A stretch of 23,506 bases of DNA from Fonticula alba ATCC 38817 (taxonomy: Eukaryota; Protista; Nucleariida). Position numbers and translations under genes: made by a program. Every line of letters starts with the position of its first letter. The stretch's first letter is position 1. This document shows, piece by piece, positions 1 through 10,133 of this stretch. Under the pieces are notes generated by a model. It searched no databases, was not told the origin of the DNA, and saw only the letters and a list, made by a program, of their open reading frames with translations. The stretch lies in NCBI GenBank assembly GCA_000388065.2, contig KB932207.1; one strand, 5' to 3'.

Positions 1-94
1 CCCCCCCCCCCCCCCGCCCCTCGCCCCGCACGCCATCTGACACCCGACCTCTCGGGCTCCCCCTCCTGCCTGGCGCCCGGCGTGGGGCCATCCC

Positions 95-1701
95 ATGCAG
101 AACCGCGGCCACTTCCAGAAGGGCAAGAAGTCCCCCTTCCCGCAGCACATCTCGTCCGGCGATGCCGGCGTGCTGGTCACCTGCGTGCGCGGGCGCGAGC
201 GCCGGTGCGCCCATGAGGCCATCCAGATCTTCGAGGAGATCTCCACCGAGCTGGGCCTCTGGCCCCTGAAGACCGAGCCGGCGGCCGGCACCGATGCCGA
301 GGCGACCACCGTCGGCCCCGATGCCGACGCCGATGCCGGCTCCGGCTCCGGCTCCGGCTCCGACTCCGAGCCCGACGCCAAGCCCCCGACCGACGCGGCC
401 CCGGCCAAGACCGACGACTTCATGGACTCCTTCATGGCCGAGCTGGCCGAGCTCCAGGGGGTGGTCAAGGCCAAGACCGATCCGAATGACAAGCGCCCGG
501 CCGCTCGGGCCCCCACAAACTCCTACTCCAAGTTCGTTTTCATCGAGCTCGGCATGCCGTGCCTGCTGTTTGTGCGCTTCCCGCGCGGCATCGACCCTGT
601 CCCGGTCGCCACGGCCCTGCTGCGGGATGTCGCCGCCACCGGCCGCTCCCGGACCCAGTGCGTTCCTCCTGCCCGCCCCCCTCCCCCCCTCCCCTCCCTC
701 CGGGCCGCGGGTGATCCTGACCCCCTTGTGCCGTCCCCATGCGCCCTGAAGGACCATGCAGCGCATTCTGCCCATCCAGTGCTTTGGCCGTGCCGACCCG
801 GAAGAGGTCATCCCCCTGGCGCAGAAGATCCTGTCGCCAGCCTTCCACGTGCAGGACACGTCGGACGGCACGCCGAAGATCCACCCCAAGAGCGTACGTT
901 TAGCACTGGCCAGTCGGGCCCGTGTGTCCGTGTTTCCGTGTTTCCACCCTATGCGCTGTCTGCCACTCACCGGTTTCCACGGGGCGCCTCCGTGCCGGGG
1001 GTCGACCCGAGCAGTTTTCGGTGGTCTACAACGCGCGCAACTGCCATGTCTTCAGTCGCACGACTCTGCTGCCGCAGCTGGCCGGCTTCGTCGGGCCGCC
1101 GCACCGCGTCGAGCTCAAGCGCTCGGAGTATGTCATCGTGGCCGAAGCCATCAAGGTGCGCGCTCTGCCATTCCCTCCCCCCCCCCCTTTCTCTCTCTTT
1201 CCCTCTCTCCCTCGGCCTCGCTTGCCCCTGTGCATCTTGCGTTGCCCTGCCTCCTCCTCGCCTGCCCCCGCCCGCATGGGGGCTCTTCTCCAGCGTGCCC
1301 GCCATGCATGTTGACGTTCTCCTGGCCATGGTGCCGGTCATGCTCAGGGCCACTTCGGCCTGGCCGTGGTCAAGGACTATTACGATCTGAAGAAGTTCAA
1401 CCTGTCGGAATTGGTGCGCGTCGACTTGCCCTCGGCCGGTGGGCCCGCGGCCGCCAAGGACTCGAAGCGCCCGCGTGATGAGGTCACCACCGAGGACGCC
1501 AACCCGGCCAAGAAGGGCCGCCCGCAGGATGTGCCTGCCATCGCTGTCGCCGGCTCCGATGGGACGCCTGTCCAAGTCGCGACCCCTGATGTCCCGCAGG
1601 CAGAGGCGATCGTCAACTCGACCGAGCCCGCCACCGCTCCGGCCGAGCCCGCCACCGCTCCGGCCGATCCTGGTCTCACTCTGGAGGAGGGGACCGCCTG
1701 A
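95..1701 (+). CDS. THUMPD1: THUMP domain protein (THUMPD1/Tan1-like tRNA acetylation adaptor), 4 exons, 399 aa
   Basis: Exons 95-657, 752-893, 1015-1155, 1348-1701 joined by GT-AG introns (donors GTGCGT, GTACGT, GTGCGC) total 1200 nt in frame. Motifs GVLVTCVRGRERRC, RTQTMQRILPIQC, FSVVYNARN, HRVELKRSEYVIVAEAIK and LAVVKDYYDLKKFNL match the recalled Tan1/THUMPD1 pattern. Confidence 0.9.
1624..1665 (+). repeat. 21-nt in-frame tandem duplication (EPATAPA x2) in the THUMP protein tail
   Basis: GAGCCCGCCACCGCTCCGGCC occurs twice in tandem. Confidence 0.9.
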
Positions 1702-2023
1702 TGTCAATCTCTTCCGTCTCGCCCGGCCCCCCCCCCCCCCCCCCGAACAATATAGAGCACATCCTTGCCATCACCGATGTCTTTGCCCCTCAGCCCCCTC
1801 CGCAGACGCAGCCACGCGCCTCCACAGCCTGCTCTCTCTTTCCTCCATTCCTGACCCGCTTTCCCCTCGTCTACTGGCTCCTACTTCCCTCTATTCCCAA
1901 CGCACACACACACACACACGGTTAGACACAGTCACTGTTTGTGGGCGACGCTGCCCATGAGCATACCCCAGCGAAGACCAAATCCTGAGGACCTCTTCCG
2001 ACATATGCAAACGGGTGGGGATC

Positions 2024-3926
2024 CTAATCGGCGGACTTGAGCGCCTCCAGGGCCCGCTCAGTCTCGCAGACCACTTGCAGGTAGTTCCGCGGCACGACTC
2101 CCACCGGGGACACCACCAGGCCCGGGGTGCCCTCACGCTCGCGCACAATTCGCGCCACCAGCCACTGATCCTCGGAGTTCGGCATCCGGGCCACCACCTC
2201 AATCAGGTCCTCCTCGGCGAAGGCCAGGTCCGTGGCGGCATCTGGCTGGCAGCTGAAAGTGGCCACCGCCAGGACGGTCCCCGGCCGGGTGGGATCACGC
2301 TCGGCCGCCCCGCCGGCCTGTGTCCCGCCCAGCAGTGGCAGACCGGCCAAGGCGGTCACCTGGCCGTCCTCCGTCTCGCGCAGGCCCTCCAGCACTTGGC
2401 ACAGCTGCTGCATGTCGGCCTTCAGCCCGGCGAAGTGTGCCGGCTGCATGTAGAGGTCCAGCCGCGCTGCCCCGTCGCCAGCGGCCGAGACCGGCGGCGT
2501 GGTGGTCAGCTCGGCCGAGGGCGGCCGCTTCGGGACCGCCACATCTGCCGGGGCCTCGGCATCGGAGTCTCCCTCATGCTCGGTGACCTCCTCCTCAGCA
2601 GCGTTGGAGAGCGACGAAGAGGAGGAGGAGGAGCAGGCGTCATCCTCGCTGGCCTTGCCGGCCACCACAGGTGGCGGGGCCACTGCCGCCGCCGCCGCCG
2701 CCGCCGCCGCGTCAAGACTGACATCAGACTTGTCATGGGGAGGGGCATCGCCGTGCTGCACTTCTTCCCCGGCGACGGGGGCAGCAGTGGCAGTCTTGGC
2801 AGGAGCATCCTCAACAGGCACAGGCGCCGCAAGGGCGGCAACGGCGGCAGCCGCAGCCGCAGCCGCAGCGGAAGCAGGAGCGGCCGCAGAGGCCGAGGCT
2901 CGAGGGGCCGGCGGGGCCGGGGCCCCGGTGCGCGGCTTCGGCGGGGCCGGGGCCGGACCGCGCCCAGGCACAGGCGGGGTGGCACGTGTCCCGGGGCTCG
3001 GGCTTTGCGAGCGGGGTGGAACCGAGGGCAGGCTCCCGGCGTCGCCGGCGCTCAGCTGGCGCGCGTGCGGCGGCGGCGTCGGCCGAGCCGGCGCATCGTT
3101 CGGCTCCAGGGCGCTGCCCGTGCTGAGGGACCGGCGAGCAGGGGGGACCGCCGGAGAAGCGGCACCGGCCACCGAGTAGGGCCGCGGGATGGCCGGGGGC
3201 GGGGCACCCCCGGCCGACTTGGGCGTGTCAACCGGCCGGCCTGACTGGGCGGCATCGGCCGCCGCCGCATCGCGGTGACTGGTCACCCGGGTGGGGGTCC
3301 CCGGGCGCAGGGGCACCGGTGGCCGGTCCCCCTTGGCCGGCACTGGCGAAGCAACACCCGACACCGGCAGCGACTACGGCGAGGGGCAGAGAGGGGCGAG
3401 CGAGGGGGGACAGGCGGGGACACGGTGGCCGGTTAGCGAGGCTTCGTGCACAAGTGCACAGACACAAGCACCAGCACACTTGCCTGGGGCGTGGCGGCAC
3501 GCCCCGGCGCACATACCTTGGGGTTGGCAGCGCCACGCACCGGCACCGGAGGCGGCGGCGAGTTGAGCACTGTGCAAGCAGAGAGAGAGAGAGGGGGGGG
3601 AGAGAGAGATGCACATCCCGATATACGGTTAGACATGGACGGTGTAGAGTGGAGGCACATCCAGCGTGCGGGCGGCCCGGGCATGCATCCGCCTGCTCCA
3701 CGGCCACGCACCTATGTTGCTCATGCTTTGGGCTTGGAGCTGGGCCAGCTTGCCGCGCTGGGGAACCGCCGGCGGCGGGGTCGACATGCTTGCCGACCGG
3801 AGCAGGGTGCCTGGCCGAGCGGCGGGACTTGCCGCCGCGACCGACGGCGCCATGACAGGCGTAGCCAAGGCCCCGGTGGCGGTGGCGGCGGCGGTGGCGG
3901 CAGCCGCCGCGGTTTCAGCCTCGACG

Positions 3927-3959
<33 letters not shown>

Positions 3960-6159
3960 TCAAACCCCGGGTCCTCAGTCAGGCGAATCTGCGACCGATC
4001 GCTGATGGACCGCAGGCACCGGAGCAGGGCCTGGCAGTCGGCCGGGTTGCGCGCATAGATGGCTGTCGGGGGGCCACCGGCCGGGGCGTCGGACCCCTCG
4101 GCCGAGTCCGGCCCAGGCGTCAGGACAAAGCAGTGGCTCAGGGGGAAGGCCGCGTCGGGCCGGTGCTCCAGGTTGATGGACATGCCGGCCAGCGGCAGGG
4201 TCAGCCTCAGCCGGCCGCCAACATCCGAGGTGACCAGCAGCCAGGTGCCGATCAGCGACAGGGACACCTGGTCCCAGGGATCGATGGCCGACTCCCCGGC
4301 CGCCAGCATGGTCCGGGTGAAGTGCACTCGACTGCCATGGGTCAGCTGCTCCACCAGACGCCCGTACCCGGGGGCCGGGTGGCTGGCGTTGAAGTGGCTC
4401 AGCAGCATGGTCGTCGGCACGGAGAAGGTATCCGGCACCTCCAGCCCGCGGACCCCCTGTAGCATGGCCTCCCGCGCCTGGCGGACCTTTTCGATCTTGT
4501 TCATCTCGCGCAGGATCGTCTAAAATACCCGGGGGGGGGGGGGAGGCGGGGGGGGAGGGGGGGGCGCGGCAAGCCCAAGGTCACGCATTGCATCCGGGCC
4601 AGGTTAGCGGGGTGCTCCCCGGGAGAGCGCGTGCCACATGCGCCGGGTCCCATGCGGCACGCATGCTGGGCATGTTGGAGGGAGGTACGCACGCTATTGA
4701 CGCTGTGATTGATCTCCGGCAGGTGGGCATCGATGCTGCGCAGGTTCTGCAGGGCCAGCTCGTGGCGGCGAATTTGCGCCTGGCGCCAGGACTCCAGCGA
4801 AAAGAAGAGCTCCGCCCGGGCCAGGGCCGGGCCATTGGCGATGCTATCGGTGAGCGCATCGCAGTAGGATGCCTTCGCCAGGTAGCCAGACCAGTTGCTC
4901 TACAGGATGGTGGCGGGGCGGCCCAGCGGGGGTGGAGGGGGGGGGGGGAGGGGAGGGTGAGACTCAAAGGGGCGGGGCAATCGGCGATGTGGGGGCCGGG
5001 AAGAGGGATGGCCCGCGCGTGGGAGGCCACGCACCTGGAACTCAATCTCATTCGGGTAGATTGCCGGCCGAGAGGGCTTCAAATCGTACACGGATCCCTT
5101 CCAATTTTTCCCCTGGAGAAGCTTATCGAACTTGGTGATCAGGGACTTATGTTCGTCAAAGCCGGTCTATCGGCATCAACCAAACGTGTGCGGGAGGGGG
5201 GCGGGGCGGAGCGCGAGAGCAGGCGAGTGTAAGCGGCGGAGACTGTGAGCATGTGTGCGCAGGCGTGTGCATGTGTGCGCGGGTGCGTGCATGTGTGCGC
5301 AGGTGCACGGACGGACCACGGTGGGCTTCTCTTTGTACGCGCGGCGCTGGAGCTTTTGCACGCGGTCCACAAATAGCGCCAGCTGCAAGGGCACCGACCC
5401 GGCCACAAAGAGTCAGTTCGGGGGCGATCCTGCGGGCCAGGGGGGGGGGGGGGGGGGCGGGGCTTCAAATAGACACGCTACCTCCTGCTCCTCCAGACGG
5501 TGGAGCTCCTGCATGATGAGGCCCAGCTTCATGGTGTAGATGGTGGTCGGGCTGGAGGGCATGGTCTCGCTCTCGAGCTCGCCGAACTTTTGCAGGGCCG
5601 CGGCGTATGCCTGCGAGGACCCGAGACAGCCTGGCCGCGGGGCCCGGCAGTCAAGTGGTCAGGACACGGAGGGGAAGGCACGCGGCGCGGTCAGCCGGCA
5701 GTCGGCGCGGACGGGCCGGAGCCCAGGGCGGGCGAAGAAAGGGACGGGATGCCGCTTCGGCACGCACTGGTGAGAGCCTCATTCAGGCTCTTGCCTTTTT
5801 TGTACAAATCCTTGAAGGCCTTCTCGCGGGGATCCTGGCGTCATCCACGTGTGCACATGTGTCAAGGCCGGAGGCCGGAGGCCGGCAGGGAGAACAGGCA
5901 ACAGCGAGGCAGGAGGGAGGGGCGCCGCCGTGCAGCCACGCACCTTGTTGGCCCTCTCCAGCACATTGTCCAGCGGGGCAAACCGATCTTGCAGCCCGGT
6001 CTCCGAGTACTGGGTCGAGTGGTGCGGCGAGGCCAGGACACGCAGGATCTCCGAGACCATGGAGCTCGAATGGAAGAGATCCTCCTCATCGGGGCCTGCC
6101 ACCTCGGGCAGCTTCCCCTGCAGGGTGGCCGGCGACGGCATGGCCGGCTGCTGTGACAT
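2024..6159 (-). CDS. BAR-PH-(Pro/Ala-rich linker)-SH3 protein, GRAF/oligophrenin-like BAR, 9 exons, ~1010 aa
   Basis: Exons 6159-5944, 5819(or 5834)-5768, 5630-5482, 5382-5317, 5166-5035, 4899-4693, 4519-3712, 3569-3517, 3373-2024; all GT-AG and frame-consistent (3033 nt). The N-terminal helical segment LERANKAFKDLYKKGKSLNEAL aligns with recalled GRAF/OPHN1 BAR helix 1. A PH-like beta-rich segment in exon 7 ends in AIYARNPADCQALLRCLR. The C-terminal SH3 has DLAFAEEDLIEVV...QWLVA...GVVPRNYLQ. Confidence 0.8.
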
Positions 6160-6184
6160 GGCTGGGCCTGGGGGAGGGGGGGGG

Positions 6185-6304
6185 NNNNNNNNNNNNNNNN
6201 NNNNNNNNNNNNNNNNNNNNNNNNNNNNNNNNNNNNNNNNNNNNNNNNNNNNNNNNNNNNNNNNNNNNNNNNNNNNNNNNNNNNNNNNNNNNNNNNNNNN
6301 NNNN
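6185..6304. other. Assembly gap (120 N) flanked by poly-G
   Basis: N run with G runs on both sides. Confidence 1.
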
Positions 6305-7076
6305 GGGGGGGGGGGCGTGTAGGCGTGTGCCTCTGTGCCTCTGAATCAAGAGGAGGCGCGACGGGCGGAGAGAGGGAGAGAGAGAGGCGAGGGGAGAACG
6401 GCTGGGCGAGGGCAGCAGGCGAGGCCGGGCGGAGGTGCAGGATGGAGGCACTCAAAAGCGGGCAGAGCACGGGAGATGGGGTGGCTTGTTCCGGGCAGGG
6501 AACACTGCCCAGCCAAGCTGGCGCCCTAAGAGCCGGGAGTGCTGCGAGGCCGGGGGCCGGGGCTGGGGGCCAAGTGCAGAGCAGCCCCGCCGGGGCGCAT
6601 GCCCTCCCGGCAACCGGCGGCTGGCTGTGGTATTGGGCGCGATCGCCCCCGGGCCGGGCCGGGAGGGGGAGGGGGAGGGGGGGGGGGACATCAACAAATG
6701 AACACGCTGCGCCCCTCCCTCCCCCTGGGACCCCGCCCCCCGCCGGTCGCGGGGGAGGGGGAAGATCGGGCGGCCCCTTTTTTTTTTTTCTTTGCCTCCT
6801 TTCCACGGCCCCTTCCCTGCCCCGCTCGGAGGCGGGAGATGCGCGCGGCCAGTCCTGACCCCGGGATGGGCCAGAGGCCGGGATATTATTGTTGTTTTGA
6901 AATGACCGTGGAACCGGCCGCGCCGAAGATAGCACCGCTCCCTGCCGGGGCCCGGGGAAGTGGGGGCAAGTCGGGGGAGCCGGAGAACGAGGGGACCAGC
7001 CAAAACGGCCCCGTTCGCCACGTACACGCACCCCGGCCGGTGTTCGTAGCTCCCTCGCTCGTCATCCCCCCCCCCC

Positions 7077-7802
7077 NNNNNNNNNNNNNNNNNNNNNNNN
7101 NNNNNNNNNNNNNNNNNNNNNNNNNNNNNNNNNNNNNNNNNNNNNNNNNNNNNNNNNNNNNNNNNNNNNNNNNNNNNNNNNNNNNNNNNNNNNNNNNNNN
7201 NNNNNNNNNNNNNNNNNNNNNNNNNNNNNNNNNNNNNNNNNNNNNNNNNNNNNNNNNNNNNNNNNNNNNNNNNNNNNNNNNNNNNNNNNNNNNNNNNNNN
7301 NNNNNNNNNNNNNNNNNNNNNNNNNNNNNNNNNNNNNNNNNNNNNNNNNNNNNNNNNNNNNNNNNNNNNNNNNNNNNNNNNNNNNNNNNNNNNNNNNNNN
7401 NNNNNNNNNNNNNNNNNNNNNNNNNNNNNNNNNNNNNNNNNNNNNNNNNNNNNNNNNNNNNNNNNNNNNNNNNNNNNNNNNNNNNNNNNNNNNNNNNNNN
7501 NNNNNNNNNNNNNNNNNNNNNNNNNNNNNNNNNNNNNNNNNNNNNNNNNNNNNNNNNNNNNNNNNNNNNNNNNNNNNNNNNNNNNNNNNNNNNNNNNNNN
7601 NNNNNNNNNNNNNNNNNNNNNNNNNNNNNNNNNNNNNNNNNNNNNNNNNNNNNNNNNNNNNNNNNNNNNNNNNNNNNNNNNNNNNNNNNNNNNNNNNNNN
7701 NNNNNNNNNNNNNNNNNNNNNNNNNNNNNNNNNNNNNNNNNNNNNNNNNNNNNNNNNNNNNNNNNNNNNNNNNNNNNNNNNNNNNNNNNNNNNNNNNNNN
7801 NN
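7077..7802. other. Assembly gap (726 N)
   Basis: N run preceded by poly-C, with another poly-C run at 7826-7861. Confidence 1.
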
Positions 7803-7825
7803 GCACCGGAGGGCGCTTGCCCCCG

Positions 7826-7861
<36 letters not shown>

Positions 7862-7986
7862 AGCCGGCGCGCATCTCCCACCTCTGAGCAGCGCAGGATG
7901 GAACGCGCTGCCGGGTGCCCCACCCCCAAACACACCGGGCCGCCGCGGGGCGGGCCCCAACTCGCGCGTGATCGGCATTCGGTGTG

Positions 7987-9018
7987 ATGCGCGTTGGCAC
8001 AATGGCCCCTGGATCGGGTGTGCTCCCCGGGCGTCGCCGACTTGATCGTCGGTATATGCCTGGGGCGGAATGCCCGCCGATCTTGCCGGCCGGCGGTGTC
8101 GCCCTGCCCCCGGAACCGGGGGGGGGAGGGGGGAACGAGGACGTGGATCTCTCTCTCTCTCTCTCTCTCGCGCCTCCCCCTCTGCCCGGCCTGGATACAG
8201 GCCGGTGGGCGGCGGACACCGGGGCGTGTCACGATCGGGCCCGAGGACTGGGGCCCGATGTCGGTCGGCAAGGCGGGCATCAAGAGGCGCGGCGCAGCGC
8301 GAGGACACCCGCCCCCTCAACACCGAGACCCTCCCCTCCCTGTCCCCCCCCCCCTCACCACCACCACCACCACCACCACCACCACCACCACCACCACCAC
8401 CACCCCCACCCCCTCTCCTGGTCCCACACTGCCAAGCGCAGGGCACACCACCTCCACACCCTGTACCACCACAACTCGGGGTCGCGGTCCCTGGCCGAGG
8501 AGATGCTCCACCAGGCGGCCTCTGCCAAGCACCCAGCCGGCGACCGGAACGACGCGGACCCCGGCGATGCGGACGCCAGCGTCTCCCTGCTGGCGTCCAC
8601 GTCCAGTGCCGGGCATGCTCCGCCGGCCGCGGGGGCGGGAGCCACCACGACCGCCACACCTTCGGGCGCCGTCTCGCCCGGGGCTCTGATGAACACCGGC
8701 CCCCTGTGGCGACGCATCTTGATCCTGATGCTGATCCGCCTGCTGCCGCCCCTGTTGCTGTTCTTCCTGCTGGGGTTCGGCTACTACACGGTCATGGTCA
8801 CGATTGTCGGTGCGTGGCGGGTGCCCGTCTCCTCCGCTCCCTCTTTCCCGTTGCCCTTCTCGCTTCGCTGCCTTTCTCCCGCTCTCGCCCTCGCTCGCTC
8901 TTTCCGCCGCCTGCCGGACACTGACAGACACGCGCACATGCGCTCAATCCGTATCCGTAACTATGCCCACATCCTTATGTCCACATGCATGTATATCGGT
9001 CTACATGCATGCACACGC

Positions 9019-9084
<66 letters not shown>

Positions 9085-10056
9085 ATCATGGCCGCGCGCC
9101 TTGACACCTCCCCGCCCCAGGCGCCAAGTGGTTCACCGGGGTGCATAGCCTGCCTCCCATGGGGATTGCGGCATATCTGCTGTATTTCCACACGCTCGTG
9201 GGCATGATCCTCTGGAGCCTGGAGTGCATCAATGGCAACATGCGCTCGATGGTGGCCTGCGTGCGCCTGCTGCTGGCCCCCCCGGCTGACCCGGCCGCCG
9301 CGGCGGCCCTCAATCACCGGGTATTCAGTGTCGCGCAGTACTGCGGTCAGGTCCCGCAGTCGGTGCGTGTTCCAAAGCCCTGGGCCTTGGTCTGGGCGCC
9401 TTTGGCTTCCCTCTCGGGCCTGTGCGCCCCTCGGCCCGGCACCGCCCCATGCTGACTCCCTGTTGCCGGAATGGCCACGGGCTCTGCCCCCCCCCCCCCC
9501 CCCNNNNNNNNNNNNNNNNNNNNNNNNNNNNNNNNNNNNNNNNNNNNNNNNNNNNNNNNNNNNNNNNNNNNNNNNNNNNNNNNNNNNNNNNNNNNNNNNN
9601 NNNNNNNNNNNNNNNNNNNNNNNNNNNNNNNNNNNNNNNNNNNNNNNNNNNNNNNNNNNNNNNNNNNNNNNNNNNNNNNNNNNNNNNNCCCCCCCGTCGC
9701 GGAACCCAGATGCGGGTCAGCCCCGAGGAGCTCCCGGCCACCGGGTACTCTCCGCCAGCCGGGCCGCCAGCCCCGCGGGAGCTCGGCTCACCTGGGACTC
9801 TGTCCGCCGGGCCGGTCGACTCGCGCTTCGGCGCGGCCGGCGCCTCCACCGGGGAGCCCCTCCCCCCGAGCCAGCCGACTGAGGAGTCCCTGTTGCAGAC
9901 TCTGAGCGACCGCCACGACGCGATTGTCACCTTGCGCATGCGTGACCGATGCAACAAGTATGCACACCCAGTTGCTTCTTCTTTTTATCTTTGTCTCCCC
10001 CTTGCCGCTCAGCCTTGCTGGAGCCAGGCTCTAACCTGCTGGCCCCTGTCCTTGCC

Positions 10057-10133
<77 letters not shown>

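Noticed and set aside
95-1390. 431-aa ORF as a single unspliced protein
   Set aside because: It reads through intron 1 into a non-homologous frame; the spliced model restores the THUMP motifs.
5600-5615. Acceptor CTCGCAG for BAR exon 3
   Set aside because: It breaks the frame; the upstream CAG at 5633-5631 keeps the frame and the helical pattern.
6452-8659. Long ORFs spanning the N gaps (735, 482, 465 and 385 aa)
   Set aside because: Artefacts of N runs and GC-rich stop-poor frames; no recognisable domain.
8951-8960. U12-type donor-like GTATCC words (here and at ~4426)
   Set aside because: They are not at exon boundaries: one lies inside an intron and the other is antisense within an exon.
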